Of a DNA stretch of 64,000 bases, positions 27,246 through 38,976 are shown piece by piece; the first letter of the stretch is position 1; each line of letters opens with the position of its first letter. The stretch is taken from the NCBI RefSeq assembly GCF_913777615.1, contig NZ_CAJYTK010000018.1; one strand, 5' to 3'. Origin of the DNA: an uncultured Agrobacterium sp. (GTDB taxonomy: Bacteria > Pseudomonadota > Alphaproteobacteria > Rhizobiales > Rhizobiaceae). Both the position numbers and the translations under genes were made by a program. A model generated the notes under the pieces. It was not told the origin of the DNA and made no database searches. It was given only the letters and a program-made list of their open reading frames with translations.

Positions 27246-28205
27246 ATGCAAAGCATCACGAAGAAAGATAACCACGGTCGCCACGTACTATGTGTCGGCG
27301 CGGCCGTTTTGGACACGCTGTTTCGCGTGCATGACATGCCGACGGGGCAAGGCAAGGTCTTGCCCTATGAAATGTTGCAGATTGCCGAGGGCATGGCATC
27401 GAGTGCCGCCTACACCGTCCACCGCATGGGCGGGCGAGCAAGCCTATGGGGTGCTGTCGGGGATGACGAGACCGGAACTCGCATCCTGCGCGATCTATCC
27501 GAAAGCGGCATCGACACATCCGGCATGACGATCGCCAAGGGTGCGCGCTCAGCGCTCTCTACCATCCTGATCGATGACCGGGGGGAGCGACTGATCGTCC
27601 CTTTCTACGATCACAGGCTCCACGAGAATAAACGCTCCTGCACACAGGCCGATCTCGCACCCTTCGATGCCGTTCTGGTTGACGTGCGCTGGCCGGACTT
27701 GGCGCTCGACGTGCTGACTGTTGCGCGCCAGCTTGGAAAACCCGCCATTCTGGATGGAGATGTTGCGCCAGTGGAGATTTTGGAAAGACTCGCGCCCGCT
27801 GCAAGCCACATCATCTTTTCCGAACCCGCAGCGGAGCGGCTGACGAGTCCTTCCGATGTTGCCGCGATGCTGCCGGTCTTACATGCCCGCTACCCGGAGA
27901 CATTTATTGCGGTCACCGCCGGGCCGGCGGGATGCTTTTGGACGGAAGCTCGCGATCCTGCGGTCCATTTTCAATCCACCATGGCGATCGAAGCAATCGA
28001 CACGCTCGCCGCTGGTGACGTGTTCCATGGGACCTTTGCCCTGGCTGTCGCAGAAGGGATGGCGAGCCGCGCCGCCATTCAGCTGTCGTCCGTGGCTGCA
28101 GCGCTGAAGTGCCAGGTTTTCGGCGGACGGACGGGTACGCCGACGCGGACGCAAGCAGAAGCGGCGATGACTGCTTGGTTGGCAGAGACCGCCCCTCAAA
28201 GCTGA
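27246..28205 (+). CDS. PfkB-family sugar kinase, sulfofructose kinase (YihV)-like subfamily
   Basis: VLCVGAAVLD, GAVGDDETG, AILDGD, IDTLAAGDVFHG; the GDVFHG tail resembles E. coli YihV. Confidence 0.82.
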   Translation: MQSITKKDNHGRHVLCVGAAVLDTLFRVHDMPTGQGKVLPYEMLQIAEGMASSAAYTVHRMGGRASLWGAVGDDETGTRILRDLSESGIDTSGMTIAKGARSALSTILIDDRGERLIVPFYDHRLHENKRSCTQADLAPFDAVLVDVRWPDLALDVLTVARQLGKPAILDGDVAPVEILERLAPAASHIIFSEPAAERLTSPSDVAAMLPVLHARYPETFIAVTAGPAGCFWTEARDPAVHFQSTMAIEAIDTLAAGDVFHGTFALAVAEGMASRAAIQLSSVAAALKCQVFGGRTGTPTRTQAEAAMTAWLAETAPQS

Positions 28206-28227
28206 AGAGCGGTCCGCTTCCTCTGGA

Positions 28228-30366
28228 TCAACCGGCCAGGATCGCCAGCAGCAGCAGCGCCACGATATTGGTGATCTTGATCGCCGGATTGACTGCCGGA
28301 CCGGCCGTATCCTTATAGGGATCGCCTACCGTATCGCCGGTCACCGAAGCCTTGTGAGCATCCGAGCCTTTGACATGGCGCACGCCATCCTTGTCGACAA
28401 ACCCGTCTTCGAAGCTCTTCTTGGCATTATCCCACGCACCACCGCCCGAGGTCATGGAGATCGCGACAAAGAGCCCGTTGATGATCACGCCAAGCAGTGA
28501 GGCGCCAAGGGCAGCGAAGGCCGAGGCCTTGGAGCCGGAGATCAGCAGCACACCGAAGTAAACGACGATCGGCGCCAAGACCGGCAATAGCGATGGGATG
28601 ACCATTTCGCGGATGGCGGCCTTGGTCAGCAAGTCCACCGCCTTGCCGTAATCCGGCTTTTCCGTGCCCTGCATGATGCCCGGCTTCTCGCGGAACTGAC
28701 GACGGACCTCCTCCACGATGGAGCCTGCCGCCTTGCCCACGGCGGTCATGGCAATGCCACCGAAGAGATAGGGAATGAGGCCACCAAAGATCAGGCCCGC
28801 AACCACATAAGGGTTGGAGAGGCTGAAGGAGATTTCGCCAACATCCTGGAAGTATGGATAGGTCGCGCCATTCGCCGCGAAGTAGGAAAGGTCGTTGGCG
28901 TAAGCCGCAAACAGGACCAGTGCGCCAAGACCGGCAGAACCGATGGCGTACCCTTTCGTCACGGCCTTGGTGGTGTTGCCGACAGCATCGAGCGCATCGG
29001 TGGCCTTGCGCACATCCGGGTCGAGACCGGCCATTTCGGCAATGCCGCCGGCATTGTCCGTGACAGGGCCGAAGGCATCGAGCGCCACGATCATGCCGGC
29101 AAGCCCTAGCATGGCGGTGACCGCAATGCCCGTACCGAAGAGGCCCGCGAGCTGATAGGTGGAGATGATGCCGCCGACGATCACGATTGCAGGCAGCGCC
29201 GTCGATTCCAGCGAGACCGCAAGGCCCTGGATGACGTTGGTGCCGTGGCCGGTGACCGACGCCTGGGCAATGGAGTTGACGGGGCGCTTGTTGGTGCCGG
29301 TATAATACTCTGTGATCACCACGATCAGTGCTGTGACCAACAGGCCAAGAAGACCGCAGAAGAACAGATTGGTGCCGGTAATGTCCATTCCGGCCACCGT
29401 TCCAATAGAACCCCAGCCGATGGTGAGCGAGGTTGCAATCGCGAGCCCGGCAATCGAGAAGATACCGGTGGCGATCAGGCCCTTGTAGAGGGCGCCCATG
29501 ATCGAATTGTTGGTGCCGAGCTTGACGAAGAAGGTGCCGGCAATCGACGTCAGTATGCAAACGCCGCAGATTGCCAGCGGGTAGAGCATGGCGTTTTCCA
29601 GCACGGGCGCGCCAGCAAAGAAGATGGCCGCCAGAACCATCGTCGCTACGACAGACACCGCATAGGTCTCGAAGAGGTCGGCTGCCATGCCTGCGCAATC
29701 GCCGACATTATCACCCACATTGTCGGCAATGGTGGCCGGGTTGCGCGGATCGTCTTCCGGGATCCCCGCCTCGACCTTGCCTACGAGGTCGCCACCAACA
29801 TCTGCACCCTTGGTAAAGATACCGCCGCCAAGGCGTGCGAAAATGGAGATCAGAGATGCGCCGAAGCCGAGCGAGACAAGGGCATCGATCACCTCACGCG
29901 AGCCGGTTGGATGGCCAAGCACCGAGGTCAGGATAAAATAATAAATGGAGACGCCGAGTAGGGCGAGACCGGCAACAAGCATGCCGGTGATGGCACCTGA
30001 CTTGAAGGCGATGTCCAGGCCTGCAGCGAGGCTATGGGAGGCAGCTTGCGCAGTGCGAAGATTGGCCCGTACCGACACATGCATGCCGACGAAGCCGGCA
30101 GCACCGGAAAGAACCGCGCCGATGACGAAGCCGACTGCGGCTTCTGGAGAGAGAAGAAACCATGCGGCGACCGTAACGATGATACCGACGATTGCGATGG
30201 TGAGATATTGGCGGGCAAGATAGGCCTGCGCGCCCTCACGGATATAACCTGCTATTTCGCGCATGCGTTCCGTGCCCTGGTCGGCATCCAGAACGCTTTT
30301 CGTTGCCCAAATCGCATATGCGATCGAAAGGGCTCCGCATAAAATTACCAATGCAATGACGGTCAT
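28228..30366 (-). CDS. hppA: Membrane-bound H+-translocating pyrophosphatase, predicted K+-independent
   Basis: [59 protein letters not shown] (Lys = K+-independent type), [14 protein letters not shown]. Start is ATG 30366 or GTG 30372. Confidence 0.96.
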   Translation of the reverse strand: MTVIALVILCGALSIAYAIWATKSVLDADQGTERMREIAGYIREGAQAYLARQYLTIAIVGIIVTVAAWFLLSPEAAVGFVIGAVLSGAAGFVGMHVSVRANLRTAQAASHSLAAGLDIAFKSGAITGMLVAGLALLGVSIYYFILTSVLGHPTGSREVIDALVSLGFGASLISIFARLGGGIFTKGADVGGDLVGKVEAGIPEDDPRNPATIADNVGDNVGDCAGMAADLFETYAVSVVATMVLAAIFFAGAPVLENAMLYPLAICGVCILTSIAGTFFVKLGTNNSIMGALYKGLIATGIFSIAGLAIATSLTIGWGSIGTVAGMDITGTNLFFCGLLGLLVTALIVVITEYYTGTNKRPVNSIAQASVTGHGTNVIQGLAVSLESTALPAIVIVGGIISTYQLAGLFGTGIAVTAMLGLAGMIVALDAFGPVTDNAGGIAEMAGLDPDVRKATDALDAVGNTTKAVTKGYAIGSAGLGALVLFAAYANDLSYFAANGATYPYFQDVGEISFSLSNPYVVAGLIFGGLIPYLFGGIAMTAVGKAAGSIVEEVRRQFREKPGIMQGTEKPDYGKAVDLLTKAAIREMVIPSLLPVLAPIVVYFGVLLISGSKASAFAALGASLLGVIINGLFVAISMTSGGGAWDNAKKSFEDGFVDKDGVRHVKGSDAHKASVTGDTVGDPYKDTAGPAVNPAIKITNIVALLLLAILAG

Positions 30367-30569
30367 TCGCACTTACCTCCCATTGTGCCGGTTCGTCACA
30401 TCTCCCCGGCGGGCGAAACCACATGCGGGGCGTGAGGCGCAGAACGCCTTACACCAGGATGAGCCACTTGTTCCCCTCCCCAGGAGAATGGCTTGCGGTT
30501 GCGAGATTGCGTTGCGACGAGGCGTCGCGTCAAGTGTGAAGATAGTGCCCGGCTGCTTATGGTCCTGAT

Positions 30570-31790
30570 TCAGACGGCTTTTTGCTTCCGGCTGAAAATC
30601 AGCGACAGCACGAGAAGAAGGCAAAGGCCCGCGACCGGCCATATGACTAGGTTCATCACCGACCAGCCCCAGGCAGTGAAAACCTGGCCTGACGAGAAGG
30701 ACGACAGAGCCACCGTACCGAACAGAACGATGTCATGAAAACCCTGTACCTTGTCTGCTTCGTGCGGCCGGTAGCTCGAGGATACGATTGAAGTCGCGCC
30801 GATGAATCCGAAATTCCATCCGGCCCCGAGCAGGATCAGCGCCAGCCAAAAGTTCCAGAGCTCCACACCCAAATGCGCAACAACGGCGCAAGCCATCAGT
30901 ATGACGAGGCCTGACGCTACAACCTTTTCGGCACCGAAGCGGGTAATCAGCATCCCGGTAAAAAAGCTCGGCCCAAACATGGCGAGCACATGCCACTGTA
31001 TCCCAAGTGTCGCGAGTTCGCTGGGAAAACCGCAGCCCACGACCATAGCAAGCGGCGCACCTGTCATCATGAATGTCATCAAGGCGTAGGAACCAATGCC
31101 GCAGATCATGCCAGTGATGAAACGGCGCGTGGCGATGATCTCGAGAAGCGGCCGTGCCGGAACACTGGACACTGACTGCCTCAACTCCGGCAGCTCCAGA
31201 AAACACAAGATCCCTGCAGCCAGAAGTCCAAGCGGCACGAGCGCGATGAAAGTACCAGCAAAGGTGACGGGAGCGAGCACATCCTTGCCGACGATGGCAA
31301 GCTGAGGTCCCACGATGGCGGATACGACCCCGCCTGCAAGAATGAAGGAGATGGCCTTAGGCTTATAGTATGAAGGAGAGGCATCGGCCGCCGCAAAGCG
31401 GATTTTCTGAGTGAAACCGCCGGCAAGCCCGATGAGCATAAGACCCAGAGCGAAGAGCCAGAAATCGCTGCGAAAGAGAGCGACTGCCGCCAAGGCGCCG
31501 CCCGTCGAGCAAAGGAGTGCGCCAAGAATGAAGCCTGCCTTGCGCCCGAGTAGACGAGATGCAAGCGCAACTGCCACTGCGCCGAATGCGACGCCGATGT
31601 TGAAGCCGGTGAGCGGTGCTGTTGCCAGCGATTTGTCGGCACCGAGGAGTTGATACCCGGCAAGCGCCCCGACTGAAAAGCTTAATGGACCGGCGGAACC
31701 AAGAATGGCCTGTGCGGCGGTGAGCAGGAAAACGTTGCGCTTGGCCTCGGATAATTGGCCTTCCAGGCCCGTAATTGGCACCGCGCTCAT
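30570..31790 (-). CDS. rfnT: MFS transporter, probably RfnT-type riboflavin transporter
   Basis: 12-TM MFS (RFAAAD, WHVLAMF, WNFGFIGAT) directly downstream of nusB in the rib operon, the position described for RfnT in Rhizobiales; start ATG 31790. Confidence 0.7.
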   Translation of the reverse strand: MSAVPITGLEGQLSEAKRNVFLLTAAQAILGSAGPLSFSVGALAGYQLLGADKSLATAPLTGFNIGVAFGAVAVALASRLLGRKAGFILGALLCSTGGALAAVALFRSDFWLFALGLMLIGLAGGFTQKIRFAAADASPSYYKPKAISFILAGGVVSAIVGPQLAIVGKDVLAPVTFAGTFIALVPLGLLAAGILCFLELPELRQSVSSVPARPLLEIIATRRFITGMICGIGSYALMTFMMTGAPLAMVVGCGFPSELATLGIQWHVLAMFGPSFFTGMLITRFGAEKVVASGLVILMACAVVAHLGVELWNFWLALILLGAGWNFGFIGATSIVSSSYRPHEADKVQGFHDIVLFGTVALSSFSSGQVFTAWGWSVMNLVIWPVAGLCLLLVLSLIFSRKQKAV

Positions 31791-31887
31791 CTGTTTCCCA
31801 CCTTGCAAACCGGGATATCTCCCGCAAAGAATACAACGTGACTGTCAGTTCATCTTTGCGGGAAATCAAAAAGCGAGGACGGAAAAC

Positions 31888-32385
31888 TTATCGTTTCGCG
31901 TCGCCGCGAACCTGCTTTGCGATGCGATCCAGCACCGCATTGACGAGCTTCGGCTCGTCATGCTCGAAGAAGGCACGGGCTATTTCGACATATTCGGTGA
32001 CGATAACAGCAACCGGAACGTCTTTACGCTCAAGGATTTCGAAAGTGCCAGCGCGCAGGATGGCGCGCACCGTCGTATCGAGACGCGAGAGCGGCCAGTC
32101 TTCCTGAAGGGCGGAACGCACCAGCGGGTCGATCTTGGTCTGGTCGCGCACGACACCGGACACGATGGAGCGGAACCACGAGGGATCGGCCTTCAGATAG
32201 GTTTCGCCATCCACTTCCTTGCCGAGCCGGTGCGCCTCATATTCGGCAACCACTTCCAGGACGCCGGTGCCGCCGACATCCATCTGATAGAGCGCCTGCA
32301 CCGCAGCCAGGCGAGCAGCTCCACGCTGGTTGACGGGCTTGATGGAAGGCTGACGCGGCTCAGCGCCGTTTTCGACACTCGTCAT
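31888..32385 (-). CDS. nusB: Transcription antitermination factor NusB
   Basis: [47 protein letters not shown]. Confidence 0.95.
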   Translation of the reverse strand: MTSVENGAEPRQPSIKPVNQRGAARLAAVQALYQMDVGGTGVLEVVAEYEAHRLGKEVDGETYLKADPSWFRSIVSGVVRDQTKIDPLVRSALQEDWPLSRLDTTVRAILRAGTFEILERKDVPVAVIVTEYVEIARAFFEHDEPKLVNAVLDRIAKQVRGDAKR

Positions 32386-32389
32386 CCGA

Positions 32390-32836
32390 TCAACCACCCA
32401 GCTTTTTCTTCAGCTCGATCATGGTCAGCGCAGCACGTGCGGCAAAACCACCCTTGTCCTTGTCGGAGCGGCGAACCCGCGCCCATGCCTGCTCGTCGTT
32501 CTCGACAGTCAGGATGCCATTGCCGATAGCGAGCGACTCGCTGACCGTCAGGTCCATAATGGCGCGCGACGATTCATTGGCGACGATATCGAAGTGATAG
32601 GTCTCGCCACGGATGACCATTCCAAGCGCGACGAAGCCGTCATATTCCGTTCCACCATTGTCTGCGCCATCGAGCGCCATGGCGATCGCTGCCGGGATTT
32701 CCAGAGCGCCTGGAACGGTGATGATGTCGTATGTGGCGCCGGCCTCTTCGAGCGCAACCTTTGCGCCATCAAGCAGAGCGTCGGCCATATCGTCATAAAA
32801 GCGTGCTTCCACGATGAGAAGATGAGGCTGGGACAT
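32390..32836 (-). CDS. ribH: 6,7-dimethyl-8-ribityllumazine synthase
   Basis: [46 protein letters not shown]. Confidence 0.96.
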   Translation of the reverse strand: MSQPHLLIVEARFYDDMADALLDGAKVALEEAGATYDIITVPGALEIPAAIAMALDGADNGGTEYDGFVALGMVIRGETYHFDIVANESSRAIMDLTVSESLAIGNGILTVENDEQAWARVRRSDKDKGGFAARAALTMIELKKKLGG

Positions 32837-32972
32837 GGGAGTTTCCTGAAAATCTGCGCCGGATCATACCGGCTTTTGGCGCGGTCAAACCATGGCTGGC
32901 CGCGCTTGGCAAGCACTTTTAACGCATTGCTGCCGCGTGCGCGACCCGGTGAACCCGATTTCTCACGCGCGA

Positions 32973-33608
32973 TTAGCTCCTTTGCCACGCCAGATGGAGA
33001 CCGAGCCCCATCAAAATCGCACCTGCTGCACGCCGGGCAACTCCTTGGGCGAAAGCCGACCGCTTCAGCCGCCCCGCGGCCAGTCCGGCCACCATGACAA
33101 CGACGAAGTCAGCAGAGGTGAAAATGATGTTCACCGCGACGCCGAGGACCAGGAACTGGAGCCAGACGGGGAATGCTGCCGCCGGATCGACGAATTGCGG
33201 CAGAAAGGCAAGGAAGAACAAAGCCGTCTTCGGGTTCAACATTTCGACGACGACGCTATCGATAAAGGCCCGCTTGGAAGACTTTTGGCCAATCGTGAAA
33301 CTGCCGGTTGTGTCGTCACTCAGCCGGGCTCTCAGCATGGAAAAGCCAAGCCAGATGAGATAGCAAGCGCCACCGAACTTCACAGCAAGATAAAGCCACG
33401 GCACCGCCTGAAACAGCACCGAAAGCCCGGCAACCGCAGCAACAATGTGGATATAGCAGCCAAGATGAATGCCGAGCACGGCCATCAAGCCGGCAGCGCG
33501 GCCACGCGCCATGGTCTGCGCGATTGTATAGAGCATAGCGGGTCCCGGCACATAGGCAAACAGAGCCGTCGTAACCAGGAATGCCGCAAGCAGTTCATAA
33601 GACGCCAT
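32973..33608 (-). CDS. LysE/RhtB family translocator
   Basis: PGPAMLY, GRAAG, GGACYLIWLG, LNPKTALFFLAFLPQFV. Confidence 0.9.
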   Translation of the reverse strand: MASYELLAAFLVTTALFAYVPGPAMLYTIAQTMARGRAAGLMAVLGIHLGCYIHIVAAVAGLSVLFQAVPWLYLAVKFGGACYLIWLGFSMLRARLSDDTTGSFTIGQKSSKRAFIDSVVVEMLNPKTALFFLAFLPQFVDPAAAFPVWLQFLVLGVAVNIIFTSADFVVVMVAGLAAGRLKRSAFAQGVARRAAGAILMGLGLHLAWQRS

Positions 33609-33665
33609 TGTAAGCTCCGCAGGGTTCGGCGCTCAAACGACGCCCCTTGCAACTTAATGAGCATC

Positions 33666-34277
33666 CTACTTCGACGGAAATTCCGCAAGCCGTGCCGCAT
33701 AGCGCGCCATGGTATCGACTTCGAAATTGACGAAATCGCCAGGCTTGCGGTCGCCCCAGGTGGTCACAGTCAAGGTGTGTCGGATCAACAGAACATCGAA
33801 ATCCGGTCCTTCGACAGCGTTCACGGTGAGCGATGTTCCATCCAGCGCAACCGAGCCCTTCGGTGCGACGAACTTCGCCAGATGCTCCGGCGCGCGCAGA
33901 CGGATGCGCACAGCCTCCCCTTCCGACTCGACGGACAATATCTCCGCCTTGCCGTCGACGTGACCGGAAACGATATGGCCGCCAAGCTCATCGCCTATCT
34001 TCAAGGCGCGTTCGAGATTGACGCGGGTTCCCTTCGCCCAAGCGGAGATCGTGGTAAGGCGAAGCGCCTCTTCCCAGGCCTCGACTTCGTACCACCGTTC
34101 GTTGCTCCCCTCTTCCGGCAACTTCGTCACCGTCAGGCAGACGCCGCCATGGGAAATGGACGCGCCCATATCGATGGTTTTCGGATCGTAGTTGGTTGCG
34201 ACGCGCAAGCGCACGCCCTCAGCGAGCGGGTGAAGCTCGGACACGGTTCCGACGTCGGTGACGATCCCGGTAAACAT
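33666..34277 (-). CDS. ribE: Riboflavin synthase (alpha chain)
   Basis: MFTGIV N-terminal signature, VNLERAL, GGHIVSGHVDG, GSVALDGTSLTVN; TGATG coupling to ribD. Confidence 0.96.
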   Translation of the reverse strand: MFTGIVTDVGTVSELHPLAEGVRLRVATNYDPKTIDMGASISHGGVCLTVTKLPEEGSNERWYEVEAWEEALRLTTISAWAKGTRVNLERALKIGDELGGHIVSGHVDGKAEILSVESEGEAVRIRLRAPEHLAKFVAPKGSVALDGTSLTVNAVEGPDFDVLLIRHTLTVTTWGDRKPGDFVNFEVDTMARYAARLAEFPSK

Positions 34278-35365
34278 CAAAGCGGCCTTTCATAATCGAA
34301 ACAGCGATCGCGACCATAGACGGTCTCGCTGGCAAGGAAATAGTCCTGTGGGATATCGGCGCGCCGGACCGGTGTTTCAATACCATCAGCACCGATGATG
34401 ACCGGGCTTTCGAACAGCAGGATCCGATCAACGAACCCGGCATCCAGAAACGCGCGGGCGGCAACGGCCCCGCCTTCTACAAGAAGCTCTGACATTCCAC
34501 GCTCAGCAAGCGCACGCAAAAGTGCATCGAGACTGGCTGCCTCGAGTATTTCCACGCCTTCCGCTTCCAGCAGGTGCCCTTGGAGCTTTCGGTGAGTATA
34601 GTCGTAGGGAAGGTCCGTTACGACGATGGTCTTTACCTGCCGCGCGGTTTTTACCAGCTTTGAGGTCAGGGGCAGTTCAAGCCGCTTGTCGAGCACCAGA
34701 CGCACAGGCGAGCGATCCTCAAGGCCTGGAATGCGAACCGTCAGTTCCGGATCGTCGGCGATCGCAGTTCGGATGCCGACAAGAATGGCGTCGCAACGCG
34801 CGCGCAACTCATGCACGGCATGGCGCGACTCCGGACCTGTGATAGCGATCTGGCCCTCACCCTGGCGACCGATCATGCCGTCGGCGGAAACAGCAAGTTT
34901 CAGCACGACGTGAGCGCGTCTCCTGATCTTGCGTGTGAGATAGGCTGCAAGTGCCCTCTCGCCCTCCTCGCGCAGCACCCCCGTCTCGACATCGATACCG
35001 GCATTGCGCAGGATGCGATAGCCGCGCCCCGCAACGCGCTCATCAGGGTCATCCACGGCGACGACGACACGTGCAATGCCTCTGTCGACCAGGGCATTGG
35101 CGCAAGGGGGCGTCTTTCCCCAATGGGCGCAGGGCTCGAGCGTGACATAGGCTGTCGCGCCTCGGGCTGCTTCGCCTGCCATATCCAGTGCGTTGCGCTC
35201 CGCATGCGGTCTGCCGCCAACGGAGGTAATGCCTTCGGCGACGATCACGCCATCCTTGACGAGAACGCAGCCAACGGAAGGATTGGTATTGGTGAAGCCA
35301 GTGTTCTGACGCGAAATTTCAATGGCGTGCGCCATGAATCTTTCGTCTTCGGCCCGGGGAGCCAC
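34277..35365 (-). CDS. ribD: Bifunctional diaminohydroxyphosphoribosylaminopyrimidine deaminase/reductase
   Basis: TNPSVG, PHAE, TLEPCAHWGKTPPC, LKLAVSADG, LLVEGG; start estimated at GTG 35365, just after the nrdR stop. Confidence 0.94.
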   Translation of the reverse strand: MAPRAEDERFMAHAIEISRQNTGFTNTNPSVGCVLVKDGVIVAEGITSVGGRPHAERNALDMAGEAARGATAYVTLEPCAHWGKTPPCANALVDRGIARVVVAVDDPDERVAGRGYRILRNAGIDVETGVLREEGERALAAYLTRKIRRRAHVVLKLAVSADGMIGRQGEGQIAITGPESRHAVHELRARCDAILVGIRTAIADDPELTVRIPGLEDRSPVRLVLDKRLELPLTSKLVKTARQVKTIVVTDLPYDYTHRKLQGHLLEAEGVEILEAASLDALLRALAERGMSELLVEGGAVAARAFLDAGFVDRILLFESPVIIGADGIETPVRRADIPQDYFLASETVYGRDRCFDYERPL

Positions 35366-35369
35366 AGTA

Positions 35370-35849
35370 TCAGGTCCCGGAATCTGTATCGCGGGCGATC
35401 TTGGCGTTGATTTCCGCAATCACGTTTTCGAAATCCTCGGCGTGAGAGAAATCGCGGTACACCGAGGCGTAGCGAACGAACGCCACATCATCCAGGCTTT
35501 TGAGGGCTTCCAGCACCTGGAGGCCGATTTCTTCCGACGAGATTTCGGTTTCGCCAGAGCTTTCCAGCCGCCGAACGATGCCGGAAACGGCGCGCTCGAT
35601 ACGGTCGCGATCGACCGGGCGCTTGCGAAGTGCGATCTCGAAAGATCGTACAAGCTTCTCCCGGTCGAATGCCAGCTTGCGGCCGCTCTTCTTGATAACC
35701 ATCAACTCGCGCAACTGAACGCGCTCATAGGTGGTGAAACGGCCGCCGCAATCCGGGCAGATGCGCCGCCGGCGGATGGAGGTGTTATCCTCCGCCGGAC
35801 GTGAGTCCTTGACCTGAGTGTCTTCAGAACCGCAGAAAGGGCAGCGCAT
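35370..35849 (-). CDS. nrdR: Transcriptional repressor NrdR
   Basis: [32 protein letters not shown]-cone, [12 protein letters not shown]. Confidence 0.97.
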   Translation of the reverse strand: MRCPFCGSEDTQVKDSRPAEDNTSIRRRRICPDCGGRFTTYERVQLRELMVIKKSGRKLAFDREKLVRSFEIALRKRPVDRDRIERAVSGIVRRLESSGETEISSEEIGLQVLEALKSLDDVAFVRYASVYRDFSHAEDFENVIAEINAKIARDTDSGT

Positions 35850-35861
35850 CCAGTTGCTTTC

Positions 35862-37151
35862 TTACATGTAAGGGTACATCGGGAAACGATCGGTCAGTGC
35901 AACGACCTTCTCGCGTACAGTCGCTTCCACAGCGGCATTGCCTTCGTCGGAATTGGCAACCTTCAGACCGTCGAGAACTTCGACGATCAGCTTACCGATT
36001 TCGCGGAACTCGGCTTCCTTAAAGCCACGGGTCGTACCGGCCGGCGTGCCAAGGCGAATACCGGAGGTGACGAAAGGCTTTTCCGGGTCGAAAGGAATGC
36101 CGTTCTTGTTGCAAGTAATGTAGGCGCGGCCCAGTGCTGCTTCCGCACGCTTGCCAGTGGCGTTTTTCTTGCGAAGATCGACCAGCATCAGGTGGTTATC
36201 CGTGCCGCCGGAAACGACGTCAACGCCGCCTTCGATGAGCGTTTCGGACAGCGCCTTGGCGTTCTTGACGATCTGGGCTGCGTAATCTTTGAATTCCGGC
36301 TTCAGCGCTTCACCGAAGGCAACGGCCTTGGCGGCGATGACATGCATCAGCGGGCCACCCTGGAGGCCTGGGAAGACTGCCGAGTTGAACTTCTTGGCAA
36401 GATCTTCGTCGTTGGTCAGGATCATGCCGCCGCGCGGGCCGCGCAGAGACTTGTGCGTGGTCGTCGTGGCCACATGCGCATGCGGGAATGGTGAGGGATG
36501 CTGGCCACCGGCCACGAGACCGGCAATATGCGCCATGTCGACCATGAGATAGGCGCCGACTTCGTCTGCGATCTCGCGGAAGCGCTTCCAGTCCCAAACG
36601 CGGGAGTAGGCAGTGCCGCCAGCCAGAATGAGCTTCGGCTTGGTTTCCTTGGCCTTGCGTTCCACTTCGTCCATGTCGAGCAGGTTGTCGCCTTCACGAA
36701 CGCCATAGGAGACGACGTTGAACCACTTGCCGGACATGTTGACCGGCGAACCGTGGGTCAAGTGTCCTCCCGAATTCAGGTCGAGACCCATGAACGTATC
36801 GCCCGGCTGCAACAGCGCGAGGAAAACGGCCTGGTTCATCTGCGAACCGGAGTTCGGCTGAACGTTGGCAAAGTTGACGCCGAACAGCTTCTTTGCGCGG
36901 TCGATGGCAAGCTCTTCGGCGATATCGACGAACTGGCAGCCGCCATAATAGCGCTTGCCGGGGTAACCTTCCGCATACTTGTTGGTCATGATCGAGCCTT
37001 GGGCTTCAAGCACGGCGCGGGACACGATGTTTTCCGAGGCAATCAGCTCGATCTCGTGACGCTGGCGACCCAGCTCCTTCTCGATCGCGCCAAAGATATC
37101 CGGATCGATTTCGGCAAGCGGCTTGGAGAAGAAGGCATCTGTGTTCGACAT
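35862..37151 (-). CDS. glyA: Serine hydroxymethyltransferase
   Basis: [43 protein letters not shown] site, FPGLQGGP; start ATG 37151. Confidence 0.98.
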   Translation of the reverse strand: MSNTDAFFSKPLAEIDPDIFGAIEKELGRQRHEIELIASENIVSRAVLEAQGSIMTNKYAEGYPGKRYYGGCQFVDIAEELAIDRAKKLFGVNFANVQPNSGSQMNQAVFLALLQPGDTFMGLDLNSGGHLTHGSPVNMSGKWFNVVSYGVREGDNLLDMDEVERKAKETKPKLILAGGTAYSRVWDWKRFREIADEVGAYLMVDMAHIAGLVAGGQHPSPFPHAHVATTTTHKSLRGPRGGMILTNDEDLAKKFNSAVFPGLQGGPLMHVIAAKAVAFGEALKPEFKDYAAQIVKNAKALSETLIEGGVDVVSGGTDNHLMLVDLRKKNATGKRAEAALGRAYITCNKNGIPFDPEKPFVTSGIRLGTPAGTTRGFKEAEFREIGKLIVEVLDGLKVANSDEGNAAVEATVREKVVALTDRFPMYPYM

Positions 37152-37287
37152 GATGAAGGCTCCTGAAACAGTAATGCGATGGCGTCTTAGCGCTCCACCC
37201 GTATAAGAGCAATAAGCGCAGCGAGATTTGACCGTCAAACTGCGACGTCCTGCATAAAAAATGCAAAATGCGCGACATTGACCAAAT

Positions 37288-37317
37288 AAAAAAGCCGCGC
37301 TCGATAGAGCACGGCTT
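37288..37317 (-). terminator. Intrinsic terminator after the L,D-transpeptidase gene
   Basis: AAGCCGTGCTC-TATC-GAGCGCGGCTT followed by a T run on the minus strand. Confidence 0.8.
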
Positions 37318-37339
37318 CCTGAACTTTTGTGGTCAGCGA

Positions 37340-38671
37340 TTAGTTGCGCGGCAATAGATCCTCGCCGATGGAGCCGGAAGGCTGCTCCTGGGTGTTGGTC
37401 GTGTTCAACGCCAGTTCGGCATTGCCGTCATTGCCGTAGATATCGTCGCGGAACTGCACCACGCCGTCCTTCGCAGACCATGCAGTGATATAGACGAAGT
37501 AGACCGGGATTTCGGTGGAGAGTTTGATCGGCGTGTTGACGCGGCTTGCAATGACGCGCTCGATTTCCTGGCGCGACCAGCCGGGCGTGTCACGCAGCAT
37601 CCAACTCGTCAGGTCGCGCACGTTCTGCACACGCACGCAACCGGAGGATTCGAAGCGCATCAGCTTGTTGAACAGGCCCTGCTGCGGCGTGTCGTGCATG
37701 TATTCGTTGTTCGGGTTGTGGAAGTTGATCTTGGTCGAGGACATGGCGTTGTTTTTGCCGGGGTCCTGACGGAACATCAGGTTCGGTGCCTTGGGCGCAA
37801 ACCAGTCGACCGTCTGAGGCGACACTTCCTGGCCACGACCATCCAAAAGACGGATGTTGTTGCGCTCCAGATAGGTCGGGTCCTTCTGCATCAGCGGAAC
37901 GATGTCTTTCTCGACGATCGAGCGCGGAGCCGTCCAGTATGGATTGAGAATAATCTCGTAAATCTTGGAGTTGATGATGTGCGTCGGGCGGCTGGCGCGG
38001 CCCACGACTGCCGTATTGCGCAGAACCACGCGATTGTTCTCGACAGCTTCGATCGAGGCAGCCGGGATATTCACCATCACGTGGCGCTGGCCGAGGTCGC
38101 CAGCCATCGTCTGAATGCGGATAAGGTTGGTCTGCAACTGCGCCATGCGCAGCTGCGCAGAAACGTTCAGCGCCTTAAGCGTATATTCGCCGATCACGCC
38201 GTCTGCCGGAAGGCCGTGGCGCGCCTGGAACCGCTTGAGCGCACCATCGACGTAAGAATCGAAGGCGCTGGAAATACCCGCTTCGCGCGGCAAGTCACCC
38301 GAAACCATCAAACGCTGGCGAAGCGCCTGGACGGACGGATCGCTGACGCCGATCTGCAGACGCTGCTGGCTTGACGGCACTTCCGGCCAGCCACCATTGG
38401 AGACGATCTGCTGATACTGCATGATCGCCTGTTGCATATAGGCGGGCGCCTCGGGGCCAAGGACCGGATTGTTGGAAACCACGCCAACGGCCGAGCGCGA
38501 AGAGTTCGCATCGAACTGATCGTCCCAGTTGCCGCGGCGCGACGATCCGATCAGATCGTTGAACGCGTCCTGCGCCAGCGCAGGTGCTGCCAGCGCGACA
38601 GCGCCGAGCGAAACGGCGGAGCGCAGCATGGCGCGGCGAGAGAGCAATTCGGGAACGGATTTCTTAGTCAT
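37340..38671 (-). CDS. Murein L,D-transpeptidase (YcbB/LdtD-like, PG-binding + YkuD domain)
   Basis: SRRAML twin-arginine signal, PG-binding [26 protein letters not shown], catalytic MHDTP...SSGCVRV. Confidence 0.92.
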   Translation of the reverse strand: MTKKSVPELLSRRAMLRSAVSLGAVALAAPALAQDAFNDLIGSSRRGNWDDQFDANSSRSAVGVVSNNPVLGPEAPAYMQQAIMQYQQIVSNGGWPEVPSSQQRLQIGVSDPSVQALRQRLMVSGDLPREAGISSAFDSYVDGALKRFQARHGLPADGVIGEYTLKALNVSAQLRMAQLQTNLIRIQTMAGDLGQRHVMVNIPAASIEAVENNRVVLRNTAVVGRASRPTHIINSKIYEIILNPYWTAPRSIVEKDIVPLMQKDPTYLERNNIRLLDGRGQEVSPQTVDWFAPKAPNLMFRQDPGKNNAMSSTKINFHNPNNEYMHDTPQQGLFNKLMRFESSGCVRVQNVRDLTSWMLRDTPGWSRQEIERVIASRVNTPIKLSTEIPVYFVYITAWSAKDGVVQFRDDIYGNDGNAELALNTTNTQEQPSGSIGEDLLPRN

Positions 38672-38976
38672 TCTACCTACCAGCCAATTCGTCAGGCAAC
38701 CTTGTGGATGCCTAGAACAACATGATTAACAAACGTTTTCGGACGCCTGCCGGCAGGAAATACTTCATGCGAAATCAAAACTGACGCATCATGCGATGAT
38801 GGAAGAGACCGCCGGCTCCCTCGCTTTGGCGGTCCCATACCAATATGGCCAATTCGTGTCACCTTTACACTGCTCACGAAGCTGTGTCGCCCGGCCTTTT
38901 CAACGTGAACCGCACAAAAATGCAACAAGCCGGACGCGCTTGCGCATCCGGCTTTGCAAAATGGCTAGCGCCAAGC

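Noticed and set aside
32892-34295. 467-aa plus-strand ORF spanning lysE and ribE
   Set aside because: Antisense shadow; the minus-strand genes carry clear family motifs.
37152-37287. Searched for a ZMP/ZTP (pfl) or glycine riboswitch upstream of glyA
   Set aside because: No consensus elements seen; only a TTTGAC-C-GTCAAA palindrome (about 37227-37239) of unknown meaning.
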